Assembly (NCBI GenBank): GCA_964366465.1
Contig: CAYITR010000001.1
Coordinates: 1-41,145, forward strand
Origin: an uncultured Candidatus Saccharibacteria bacterium
Lineage (GTDB): Bacteria > Patescibacteriota > Minisyncoccia > Phycocordibacterales > UBA9973
Reading direction: 5' to 3'
DNA length: 41,145 nucleotides
Shown: in pieces, positions 17,201 to 25,497 of the stretch
How the letters are laid out: each line of letters begins with the position of its first letter
Numbering within the stretch: the stretch's first letter is position 1
Made by a program: the position numbers and the translations under genes
Notes under the pieces: model-generated
Told to the model about the DNA's origin: nothing
Seen by the model: the letters and a program-made list of their open reading frames with translations, nothing else
Databases searched by the model: none

Positions 17201-18082
17201 ATGCAGAAATTAATTACTCCCTACGCTAGTAATTTTGGCCACGCCAAAGGACGGGCAAGCAAGCCAAACATAACTATTAAGCATTTCCCGGACACTGAGT
17301 CTTATGTGCAAATTCCGCAGATTAAGAAATTAAAGAATAAGGCGGTGCTGTTAAGCCACAGCCTTTACCCCGAACCAGACAAACGAATCTTCGAACTTTT
17401 GCTAATCTTGTCTAGACTAAAAGAGGCAAAGGCTCGTGTGGAATTATTCATCCCCTATCTCCCCTACGCCCGGCAGGACAGAGAAAATAAGCTAGGTGAA
17501 GCTATTAGTGCAGACGTGCTCTGTGAGCTTTTGAAAAATTTCGGTGTAAAAAAATTAATTACTTACGACTGCCATTTTTTGCCGAAGTACGGAAATTTCA
17601 CCAGAAACGGATTGAACATAGAAAACAAGACGGCAAGCAGACTACTGTATCTATACGCGAAAAAATATTTTAAGAAAGAAAAATTTTTAATAATTTCTCC
17701 CGACCAGGGTGCTTCATATTTCACTGAACATGCGGAAGGCCACACCCTCCATAAAAAACGCAAGGCGAGCGTTGCTACCGGCAACAACACCGAAATCTAC
17801 GCCCATATTCACAAGATAGAAAGCGACATTGATGTGGATGGTAAAAATATTTGCATCCTAGATGATATGATCTCGACAGGTAGCACAATGATGAAAACCA
17901 TAGAACATTTAAAAGAAAAGGGGGCAAAGAAAGTAATCGTCGGCGCAACTCACGGCATATTTGCAGGGGTAGATATTGCACAGAAAATTATCGACAGCTC
18001 TTGCGACCACATCTTTACCACGAACTCTATCACCCGTGAGCCAGACACTAAAGTTACAATATTAAAATTGCCTAAAGATTAG
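17201..18082 (+). CDS. prs: Ribose-phosphate pyrophosphokinase (PRPP synthetase)
   Basis: IKHFPDTESYVQIP, YLPYARQDR, ITYDCHF, ISPDQGA and the PRPP loop ILDDMISTGSTM. TACAAT (17189-17194) lies 6 nt upstream of the ATG. Confidence 0.85.
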   Translation: MQKLITPYASNFGHAKGRASKPNITIKHFPDTESYVQIPQIKKLKNKAVLLSHSLYPEPDKRIFELLLILSRLKEAKARVELFIPYLPYARQDRENKLGEAISADVLCELLKNFGVKKLITYDCHFLPKYGNFTRNGLNIENKTASRLLYLYAKKYFKKEKFLIISPDQGASYFTEHAEGHTLHKKRKASVATGNNTEIYAHIHKIESDIDVDGKNICILDDMISTGSTMMKTIEHLKEKGAKKVIVGATHGIFAGVDIAQKIIDSSCDHIFTTNSITREPDTKVTILKLPKD

Positions 18083-18989
18083 TCTCTTGCCTCAAACGAG
18101 AAATTTTATAAATACTCCATACGAGAATTACGGCGGCAACCCATTGGGACGGCGAGAGGATGGTGTCGTTCACAAAGTAGTCGAGCATTATGGCGACGAA
18201 AGGAAAAGTAAGTTCCAAAATAGTGGAGATGTGCACTGGAGTTTTCGCCAGCCCTTTGTAATAAATGAGGAGTGCAACCATGCCAGTGGATACGGCTATC
18301 AAAGCCAGCCAGCCAAACTGCCCGGTAGTCGGGATGGCGAGCCCTGCCCCTTCTACTCGCCCATAAAGCAAAACGAAGGGTAAAGCAATTATCAAGGTGA
18401 AAATAAATCTATAGAAAGTGCTAACCTTGGAATCAATACCACTCAATATCATCTTTGAAAATGTTGTAGAAGATCCCCATGCGAAAGCGGCACCGAGGGC
18501 ATACAACGCAGCGACTACAGTCCCCTCGCCTGTTTCTAAATTCACATGCCCGTTTGCAAATGTTACAAAGTAAGCCGACACAATAGCCAAGAGCGCCCAC
18601 TTGATGTATCGTGTATCAAATTTTTCTTTCAAGAAAACAGATGCAGTAGTGATAGCAAAAATGGGTTGAAGTTTTTGTAATAAAAATACTACAGATATGG
18701 TTATGTAGTGCACCTTACCGAGAGCTGTCGTGAACCAAAGTGTACCAAGAAGTCCACTCAAGCCCGCGACTAAAACAATTAACCACCATTCACGAACAGA
18801 CGGCCTAGTGCTAGCAACATATTTACATACAAAAGGAGTAAGTATTAGTAAACCAATCAGGTGTTCAAAGAAAATAATTGTAATTGGTGGAAGCGTGTAT
18901 AAGTGCTGGCGGATCAGCCCGTCGAAAGCCCAGAGCAATGCCGCGATAATTATTAACACAGGCCCAAAGTATGATTTATTATTTTCCAT
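18072..18989 (-). CDS. EamA/DMT-family transporter
   Basis: 305 aa, about 10 hydrophobic helices in two similar halves, typical of DMT permeases. Extended -10 TGtTAAGAT lies 6 nt upstream of the ATG. Confidence 0.7.
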   Translation of the reverse strand: MENNKSYFGPVLIIIAALLWAFDGLIRQHLYTLPPITIIFFEHLIGLLILTPFVCKYVASTRPSVREWWLIVLVAGLSGLLGTLWFTTALGKVHYITISVVFLLQKLQPIFAITTASVFLKEKFDTRYIKWALLAIVSAYFVTFANGHVNLETGEGTVVAALYALGAAFAWGSSTTFSKMILSGIDSKVSTFYRFIFTLIIALPFVLLYGRVEGAGLAIPTTGQFGWLALIAVSTGMVALLIYYKGLAKTPVHISTILELTFPFVAIMLDYFVNDTILSPSQWVAAVILVWSIYKISRLRQETNL

Positions 18990-18998
18990 ACGGATATC

Positions 18999-19343
18999 TT
19001 AACACTCTTTTAAATCTTTTTCTATCTGTGCTATCAACTCTGATTCGGTTTCGAATTTCCTAAAGTCCCGTAGAAATTTCTCTGGCTTGAGGGTCACTTC
19101 TTTGCCGTAAGCATCTCCATCGTACCCGATCAAATGCGCCTCTATCTTGCGCTCGCCTTCTTTTTCGGGATTAATAATAATCCCCGCACGATATTTTTGG
19201 TTATCTAAAACAGCAGTGCCCGCATATACCCCCACTTTTATATCACTTGGACATCGGATGTCCAAGTTGACTGTGGGGAAACCGAGCTTATGACCATATC
19301 CGTCTCCTTTAACTACAATGCCAGAGATTTTAATATCCATCAC
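18999..19343 (-). CDS. Riboflavin kinase domain protein
   Basis: 114 aa. GDGYGHKLGFPTVNL..GVYAG..IEAHLIGYDGDAYGKEV..LRDFRKFETESELIAQIEKD matches the RibF C-terminal kinase domain pattern. Confidence 0.75.
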   Translation of the reverse strand: MMDIKISGIVVKGDGYGHKLGFPTVNLDIRCPSDIKVGVYAGTAVLDNQKYRAGIIINPEKEGERKIEAHLIGYDGDAYGKEVTLKPEKFLRDFRKFETESELIAQIEKDLKEC

Positions 19344-20679
19344 TATTTAGCTTCTCATCAATTCTGTTCATGTCGCGCGGGAACATCGATGCCTCACGAA
19401 CATTTTTTAGCCCTAGTAATTGCATCGTCATACGCTCTGCCCCGAAAGCAAAGCCACCTTCAGGTGGTACCCCGTATTTGAAAGCTTCAAGAAACATCTT
19501 TATTTTAGCTGGATCCATTTTCCAAATTTCAACATGCTTCATAAGTTGCTCGTAGTCGTTGATTCTTCGTCCACCAGAAAGCCATTCCACCCCTCTGCAC
19601 AGCAAGTCCATCCCTTGGTTGTATTCTGGTTCTTTTTCGTCTGGGTAAACATAAAAAGGTTTTTTACGAGTTGGATATCCGTAGATAAACACGAAGTCCG
19701 AGCCAGTTTCTTCTTTAATTATTTCACAAATTTCTCTTTCGTCTTGTGGATTGGTGTCCTTTTCTCCACGAACATCCCGCCCAAATTTTTCAAAGATCTT
19801 TTGCTGGACTTCTCGCAGTGAAAGCGTGGGAGTTTTATCTATCATAACTGGCATAGTAGCGTTCAAAATCTTCAAGTGCTCAGCATTCTTTTCTTCTACT
19901 TGTTTTAAGATAAATCGCACAGTTTCTTCCGCCATGTCACGCACATCTGTCCAGGAATCGATAAAAGCCATTTCAGCATCTAAGGAAACTATCTCAGTCA
20001 AATGTCTTGTAGTGGACGAAGGCTCTGCGCGAAAAACTTTGTTTATAGAGAAACACCTTTCAAAAGCGGACATAACTATTTGTTTATAAAGTTGCGGTGA
20101 TTGAGTTAAAAAGGCTTTTTTATCAAAATAATTAACTTGAAAAACCTCAGCTCCACCTTCAGCTGTCGCCGGAGTAATAGCTGGTGCCTGAAATTCAAAG
20201 AAATTATTCTTTTTTAAAAACTCACGAAATGAATCAATTATAGTTTCTTGTACTTTAAAGACTGCTTGCACTTTCGGTTGTCGTAAAACTAGCGCACGAT
20301 TATCGAGCTCGGTCGTTAAATCTAAGTTATAGCCATCCATAGACATATCAAAAGGTAGCGGTTCGGCTTTAGCTAAAACTTCAATACCCGTAACCTCAAG
20401 CTCCACGTCACCATTCAGCACACCCGCTTTCACATTTTTCTCAGGCCGTTTATTAACTAGGCCGGTAATTTTCAAAACCCATTCCGAACGAAACTCTTTA
20501 GCTTTTTCAATAACTTCCGCCCGTGAAGGCAGAGCCACGCACTGCACTCTGCCGCTCATGTCCCGCATATCAAAGAAGACCATTTTGCCCTGATCTCGCC
20601 TAACATCCACCCACCCAGCGATAATCACCCCCTGCCCCACATTTTCTTTTAAATCTTTGATATATATACGGTTTTTCAT
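19330..20679 (-). CDS. aspS: Aspartate--tRNA ligase, archaeal/eukaryal-type class IIb (Asp/Asn discrimination not assessable)
   Basis: 449 aa with an OB-fold N-terminus. Class II motifs FRAEPSSTTRHLTEIVSLDAEMAF, GGRRI and GFAFGAERMTMQLLGLKNVREASMFPRD. TGCTAAAAT lies 9 nt upstream of the ATG. Confidence 0.85.
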   Translation of the reverse strand: MKNRIYIKDLKENVGQGVIIAGWVDVRRDQGKMVFFDMRDMSGRVQCVALPSRAEVIEKAKEFRSEWVLKITGLVNKRPEKNVKAGVLNGDVELEVTGIEVLAKAEPLPFDMSMDGYNLDLTTELDNRALVLRQPKVQAVFKVQETIIDSFREFLKKNNFFEFQAPAITPATAEGGAEVFQVNYFDKKAFLTQSPQLYKQIVMSAFERCFSINKVFRAEPSSTTRHLTEIVSLDAEMAFIDSWTDVRDMAEETVRFILKQVEEKNAEHLKILNATMPVMIDKTPTLSLREVQQKIFEKFGRDVRGEKDTNPQDEREICEIIKEETGSDFVFIYGYPTRKKPFYVYPDEKEPEYNQGMDLLCRGVEWLSGGRRINDYEQLMKHVEIWKMDPAKIKMFLEAFKYGVPPEGGFAFGAERMTMQLLGLKNVREASMFPRDMNRIDEKLNSDGY

Positions 20680-20720
20680 CGTCTAAACATTTTAGCATAA
20701 AAATTAAAGAAAGATAGTTG

Positions 20721-21010
20721 AAAAAAGTTAGGGGGTGGCTCGCAAAACGAGCCACCCCAGTGATGCGGTGGGCCAGACCGCACTATACAGGCCCTAACAC
20801 CATTCGGGGTCCCACAGCATAAGCTCCTCCTTTTCTCAAAGAACGAATTTCTGGTGAAATAACCAAAAAGTGACGCTCTTGCGCCACTTAGTGGATTCCT
20901 TATGGATTAGGTTCTAGTTGCTAGGAACTAGATTTTAAGAAATCAACAGACAGACGCAAAAGCTAGGTGCTTCGCGCCCCGCCAAGATTTATTTGATAAC
21001 TTATATTCTT
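20721..21010 (-). ncRNA. GC-rich structured transcript(s) between trpR-like and aspS: sRNA-like 5' part plus mini-ORF leader-like 3' part (unclassified)
   Basis: Starts downstream of the operator/promoter at 21019-21042. Contains a CTAG-rich hairpin TCTAGTTcctagcAACTAGA. Terminator 1 is GUGGCGCaagaGCGUCAC plus U5 (plus 20865-20887). Then SD GGAGGA plus ATG..TAG (20820-20794, MLWDPEWC), the hairpin TGCGGTctggcccACCGCA, and terminator 2, an 11-bp stem GGGGTGGCTCG/CGAGCCACCCC plus U6 (20721-20758). Confidence 0.4.
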
Positions 21011-21018
21011 TACTCAAT

Positions 21019-21042
21019 ACTATCATACTAGTATGCTAGTAT
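21019..21042. promoter_or_regulatory. TrpR-type operator candidate (CATACTAGTATG core), site 1
   Basis: ACTATCATACTAGTATGCTAGTAT has a 12-bp perfect palindrome at 21024-21035 with CTAG boxes 8 bp apart. The 20-mer ATCATACTAGTATGCTAGTA is identical to 38705-38724. Confidence 0.6.
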
Positions 21043-21074
21043 TTAACAGAAAGAAAGTCAAGAAGGTATTTTAC

Positions 21075-21362
21075 CTAACTGTTGATAACTTTCAGGGCTC
21101 GTCTGAACCCACCTTCTTTCTTGCGCATTTCGCGAGAGCCTCGAGTGACCGTAGCTATGCCAAGGTGCAGGTCTTCAGCAATGGATTCTTGGTATTCCCC
21201 TTTTTCCAACTTCTTCACAATCTGCCAACGCACAGCAATATTTTCAAATTCATGCGGTGTCAAAATGGCTTGAATGAAATCTGCCAAGAGTTGCTTGTCT
21301 TTGGAAATTTTTGATATAACCTCTATTAACTCTTTTTTATATTGTTCAGAATTATTTTTCAT
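21075..21362 (-). CDS. trpR: Trp repressor (TrpR) family transcriptional regulator
   Basis: 95 aa. ILTPHEFENIAVRWQIVKKLEKGEYQESIAEDLHLGIATVTRGSREMRK parallels the E. coli TrpR core ([49 protein letters not shown]). Immediately downstream of trpS. Confidence 0.75.
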   Translation of the reverse strand: MKNNSEQYKKELIEVISKISKDKQLLADFIQAILTPHEFENIAVRWQIVKKLEKGEYQESIAEDLHLGIATVTRGSREMRKKEGGFRRALKVINS

Positions 21363-21386
21363 TTTTTCTTTCCTCTTTTAGAATAT

Positions 21387-21407
21387 CACCATACTAGTAT
21401 GCTGATA
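21387..21407. promoter_or_regulatory. TrpR-type operator candidate, site 2 (upstream of the trpR-like gene)
   Basis: CACCATACTAGTATGCTGATA carries the same 12-bp palindrome at 21390-21401. It overlaps the putative extended -10 TGaTATTCT of the trpR-like gene on the minus strand. Confidence 0.6.
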
Positions 21408-21417
21408 TTTGTACTGC

Positions 21418-22431
21418 TTAGTCGAAATAATCTATTTTTAGAGCCCTACGAACTTCGATCATTGTCATCTCCGCGTCTTTGCGCGCTTCTTCTATTCCCT
21501 CTTCTAAAATTTTCATTATAGCTTTTGGATCCTTGGCAAGCTGTTCCCGACGGGTGCGAATTGGTGTAATAAAATCAATCAAAACTTGAGTTAACCGCTT
21601 TTTTAATTCAGTATCTCCAAGTCCGCCTTTTTGGTATTGTGCTTTCAGCTCCACTACACCCGCCTTGTCTTCATCAAATGCATCCAAGTATGTGAAAACT
21701 ACATTACCCTCTACCTTGCCTTTGTCTTCTACGCGTATGTGCCCAGGGTCGGTATAGGCTTGTTTTACTTTTTTCTCAATTTCTTCGTCTGAGTCTGAAA
21801 GATAAATGCAGTTCCCTAGGGATTTTGACATTTTAGCATTTCCATCTATGCCAACCAATCGCGGGACATCACTCACTACTCCTGTAATTTTAGAAAACAA
21901 ATCGATATTGTAAGTTGCATTAAATTTTTTAACAATCTCGTTAGCTTGCTCGAGTACGGGCAATTGATCCACGCCGACGGGCACAGTATTGGCTTTACAG
22001 AATAAAATATCAGCAGCTTGCGAGACAGGGTAAGCCAAGAATCCAAGTGGTATACCCTTATTCATCCCCTTGTCTTTGATTTCTGTTTTGATAGTTGGAT
22101 TGTGTGATAGCTGTTCCATCGTCACCAAGTTCATAAACAAAACAGTCAGCTCGGCTATCTCTGGCACTTGCGATTGAATAAAGAAAATAGTTTTTTTAGG
22201 ATCCACGCCACAAGCTAGGTTGTCTAGCACGACTTCAAGTACATTACTCCGTACTTTTTCTGGATTGTCAGCATTGTCGGTCAAGGCTTGAATGTCTGCA
22301 ACCATACAAAAGGACTTGCTGGCTTCGTCTTGTAATTTAATCCTATTTTGAATAGAACCGACGAAATGCCCCAGGTGTAACTTACCTGTTGGCCTATCGC
22401 CCGTAAGCACTATTTTGACTTTGTTTTCCAT
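21418..22431 (-). CDS. trpS: Tryptophan--tRNA ligase
   Basis: HIGH-type GKLHLGH and KMSKS (AKMSKSLGN). Size and N-terminus (KIVLTGDRPTG) are typical of TrpRS. Start moved from the track's GTG 22458 to ATG 22431, which lies 7 nt after the extended -10 TGaTAATAT. Confidence 0.9.
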   Translation of the reverse strand: MENKVKIVLTGDRPTGKLHLGHFVGSIQNRIKLQDEASKSFCMVADIQALTDNADNPEKVRSNVLEVVLDNLACGVDPKKTIFFIQSQVPEIAELTVLFMNLVTMEQLSHNPTIKTEIKDKGMNKGIPLGFLAYPVSQAADILFCKANTVPVGVDQLPVLEQANEIVKKFNATYNIDLFSKITGVVSDVPRLVGIDGNAKMSKSLGNCIYLSDSDEEIEKKVKQAYTDPGHIRVEDKGKVEGNVVFTYLDAFDEDKAGVVELKAQYQKGGLGDTELKKRLTQVLIDFITPIRTRREQLAKDPKAIMKILEEGIEEARKDAEMTMIEVRRALKIDYFD

Positions 22432-22523
22432 AGTTTTAATATTATCATAATTTCCCACACTTTAGTAACATCATTATCAACCAAAGGGCTTTGACAAACT
22501 TTACGTTGTGCTAGAATAGCTCC

Positions 22524-23915
22524 ATGATAAAAACAAGCAAGACCAACTTACGCATCCCTCCGCAAAGCATCGATTCCGAACAAGCAGTCTTGGGCTCCAT
22601 TATGCTCCGCAAGGACGCTATGCATGAAGTAGAAGACGCATTGATTCCGGAATCTTTTTACGTCGAAAAACATAAAATAATTTTCCAAGCCATGCTCGAC
22701 CTCTCGGTCAAGAGTGAACCGATCGACATGCTTTCCCTCTCGACTAAACTTGCAGAAAAGAAATCTCTGGAGCAAGTAGGTGGCAACAAATATCTGGCAG
22801 AAATAGTGAACACTGTGCCGTCTTCAACCAATGTCAAACATTACGCCGATATTGTGCAGAAGAAATACGTCCTGCGGAGTTTGATAGAAGCCGCCGACTA
22901 CGTGTCTGAGCTCGCATTCGAAGAAGGCGACGACCACATGGATGACATCCTAGACATGGCCGAGAAGAAAATTTTCCATGTTGTCTCCTCGCCGAAAAAT
23001 CAAAAATATGTAAACTTGAAAGATGCTCTGCCTGAAGCTTATGAACGTTTGGAAAAACTTCACGAAACCAAAGGCATGCTCCGCGGGTTGCCAACAGGAT
23101 TCAAAGACCTCGACACCATGCTCTCTGGACTTCAGAATTCGGACTTGATTATAGTAGCCGCGAGGCCGTCGATGGGTAAGACGACCTTGGCACTAGACAT
23201 CGCCCGCATGACTGCCGTGAATCATGAGAAATCTGTCTTGATATTTTCTTTGGAAATGTCTTCACAGCAACTTGTGGACAGGATGCTCTCCGCACAGTCT
23301 AGAGTAAACGCTTGGAACCTCCGCACCGGAAGACTTTCGTCTGACCGCGAGTTCTCCCAGCTTCGTGACAGCTTGGACAAGCTCGCAAAAGCGAAAATTT
23401 ATATTGATGATCAACCCGGAAATTCAATTGTCCGCATGAAAGCCCTCGCTCGCAGACTCAAAGCCGAGAAGGGTGTGGACTTAATTATCGTTGACTATCT
23501 ACAGCTCATGACCACTTCTAAGAATTACGATTCGATGGTCAACCAAGTTACTGAAATTTCAAGATCACTAAAAAGTCTGGCAAAAGAGCTCGATGTGCCT
23601 GTCCTTGCGCTATCCCAGCTCTCCCGTGCTGTAGAATCCCGCGGAGGCAAACCTCGACTATCTGATCTACGTGACTCTGGATCCATCGAACAAGACGCAG
23701 ATGTGGTGATGTTCATTCACAGCGAAGATAAAGGTAAAGAAGAAATGGATAAAACCAACATTACCGAGATCTTGATAGAAAAACATCGCAACGGCCCGAC
23801 GGGGAAAATCGAACTCTACTTTGACCTTAAAACTACAACCTTCCTAAACCTTGAGAAAAGCAACATCAGCGAATTTTCTCCCAAAAAAATCAGTGAAGAC
23901 TTGGATGAATTCTAA
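22524..23915 (+). CDS. dnaB: Replicative DNA helicase DnaB
   Basis: IPPQSIDSEQAVLGSIM N-terminus, Walker A ARPSMGKTT, Walker B LIIVDYLQLM, and SRSLKSLAKELDVPVLALSQLSR. TGcTAGAAT (22509-22517) lies 6 nt before the ATG. Confidence 0.9.
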   Translation: MIKTSKTNLRIPPQSIDSEQAVLGSIMLRKDAMHEVEDALIPESFYVEKHKIIFQAMLDLSVKSEPIDMLSLSTKLAEKKSLEQVGGNKYLAEIVNTVPSSTNVKHYADIVQKKYVLRSLIEAADYVSELAFEEGDDHMDDILDMAEKKIFHVVSSPKNQKYVNLKDALPEAYERLEKLHETKGMLRGLPTGFKDLDTMLSGLQNSDLIIVAARPSMGKTTLALDIARMTAVNHEKSVLIFSLEMSSQQLVDRMLSAQSRVNAWNLRTGRLSSDREFSQLRDSLDKLAKAKIYIDDQPGNSIVRMKALARRLKAEKGVDLIIVDYLQLMTTSKNYDSMVNQVTEISRSLKSLAKELDVPVLALSQLSRAVESRGGKPRLSDLRDSGSIEQDADVVMFIHSEDKGKEEMDKTNITEILIEKHRNGPTGKIELYFDLKTTTFLNLEKSNISEFSPKKISEDLDEF

Positions 23916-23921
23916 GCATGG

Positions 23922-24044
23922 ATCCCGTTAGAGATCTTTCAGTTAGGAACCCCTGTAATTATGGTAATATATCTCTATGCGTAAAAAGTTTTCAATTATC
24001 AATTTAACTACGGAAATCTAAAGATTTCCTATCTCTAACGGGAT
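23922..24044. mobile_element. MITE-like insert bounded by 14-bp perfect terminal inverted repeats, abutting the recR start codon
   Basis: ATCCCGTTAGAGAT (23922-23935) and ATCTCTAACGGGAT (24031-24044) are exact reverse complements. ATGGA occurs outside/overlapping both ends (23918-23922 and 24043-24047). There is an internal hairpin GGAAATCtaaaGATTTCC. Confidence 0.45.
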
Positions 24045-24654
24045 GGACATAATCGACAAATTGGCAGAAATATTTAAAGAATTCCCCGGCATTGGCGAAC
24101 GGCAAGCCAAGCGGTTTGTTTATTTCCTAATGTCTAGAACTCCTGCCTATAACGAAAATTTAGCTGGATTGATTAAAGAATTAAAACTTGAAACAGCTCA
24201 GTGTAAAGACTGCTTCAGATTTTATCTAGTCAAGAACAGCCAAGAAAAAATTTGCGATATTTGCAATAATAAAAATACTGATACTTCTATCCTAATGGTG
24301 GTAGAAAAAGATTCCGACCTTGAAAGCGTAAAGAAAAGCAGAGTCTACCATGGTAAATATTTCGTCCTAGGTGGGCTTGTGCCCGTCGTGGAGAAAACTA
24401 CTAAAAGCCGAGTGCGTATAGAGGAATTAAAAAAGGTTATGTCGGCAAACTCAGACCTTAAAGAAATTATTTTAGCTTTCTCATTAAATCCACAAGGCGA
24501 CCATACAGACCAGTATGTACGAGAGCAAATTAGCGCTATCGCCCAAAAACAAAACATAAAAATTTCCTCCCTCGGCCGTGGACTCTCCACCGGCACCGAA
24601 CTCGAATATTCCGACAACGATACCCTGAAAAATGCACTAAAAAATAGACAGTAA
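24043..24654 (+). CDS. recR: Recombination protein RecR
   Basis: FPGIGERQAKRFVYFL helix-hairpin-helix, Cys4 finger C-x2-C..C-x2-C (CKDCFRF..CDIC), Toprim VVEKDSDLESVE-like segment. Confidence 0.9.
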   Translation: MDIIDKLAEIFKEFPGIGERQAKRFVYFLMSRTPAYNENLAGLIKELKLETAQCKDCFRFYLVKNSQEKICDICNNKNTDTSILMVVEKDSDLESVKKSRVYHGKYFVLGGLVPVVEKTTKSRVRIEELKKVMSANSDLKEIILAFSLNPQGDHTDQYVREQISAIAQKQNIKISSLGRGLSTGTELEYSDNDTLKNALKNRQ

Positions 24655-24658
24655 ATTT

Positions 24659-25486
24659 ATGGAAAACAAAATTAAAACAACTTTGATCAAGGCGGCTCGG
24701 GCGGGCGGAGCTGTATTAATAAAATATTTCGGCAAGGCGCTAAACCCAGTTGAGAAATCCACTGTCTGGGATTTTCAAACCGAAGCTGATGTGGGATCAG
24801 AAAAAGAAATTTTGAAAATACTAAGAAGAGAATTTCCTAATTACAATATTCACGCCGAAGAAACAGGAAAAATTGACAACGGAGCAGAATTCACTTTCGT
24901 TATAGACCCCCTAGATGGCACCAATAACTTCGTGCTTGGAATACCGAATTTCACTGTTTCTATCGCCCTACTAAATAAAAAAGAAGCCGTAGCTGGAATT
25001 GTTTACCAACCAATATTAAATCAGGTTTATTACGCCGAAAAAGGCAAAGGAGCATATTTAAATAATAAAAAAATTAAAGTAAGTAGGATTACCGACTCCA
25101 AAAAAATGACAATCGCATATAATTGTGGGTATAAAAATAGCAGAAATCGAGTAAAAGATGTACTGAGTCACCTCACGGCCAGTAACCACAAAAGAATCCT
25201 CGTAAACTGGTCTCCGGCTTATGATTATTGTTTACTTGCGTCAGGTAAGATTGAAGCTATGCTTAGCGATGCAGGCACGGAACTATACGATTTCGGAGCC
25301 GGTAAACTCATAGCGCTTGAAGCGGGAGGAAAAATATATAATCATCGCGGAGGAAAAGATACAGATTTCAGAAACGACAAATTTGTTTTAAGTAATAATA
25401 ATAAAATCGCTCAGAATGTTTTAAAATCCATAAAACTTATAAACAAAAATTCGTTTAAAAATAGACAATTAAAAAATCCCACTTAG
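24659..25486 (+). CDS. suhB: Inositol monophosphatase / SuhB family
   Basis: EETG, FVIDPLDGTNNF (DPxDGT) and a C-terminal LYDFGAGKLIALEAGG segment. Confidence 0.8.
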   Translation: MENKIKTTLIKAARAGGAVLIKYFGKALNPVEKSTVWDFQTEADVGSEKEILKILRREFPNYNIHAEETGKIDNGAEFTFVIDPLDGTNNFVLGIPNFTVSIALLNKKEAVAGIVYQPILNQVYYAEKGKGAYLNNKKIKVSRITDSKKMTIAYNCGYKNSRNRVKDVLSHLTASNHKRILVNWSPAYDYCLLASGKIEAMLSDAGTELYDFGAGKLIALEAGGKIYNHRGGKDTDFRNDKFVLSNNNKIAQNVLKSIKLINKNSFKNRQLKNPT

Positions 25487-25497
25487 TGGGATTTTTT
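25471..25497. terminator. Bidirectional intrinsic terminator between suhB and rplU
   Basis: AAAAAATCCCACttaGTGGGATTTTTT has a symmetric A6/T6-flanked 7-bp stem. The suhB stop codon TAG spans the loop and the first stem base. Confidence 0.8.

Noticed and set aside
20721-21010. T-box riboswitch for aspS
   Set aside because: A terminator and GGGUGG are present, but I cannot find the T-box 14-mer (AGGGUGGNACCGCG) in the antiterminator position, a Stem I AGAGA/GNUGNGA pattern, or a credible Asp specifier loop. aspS also has its own -10 after the terminator.
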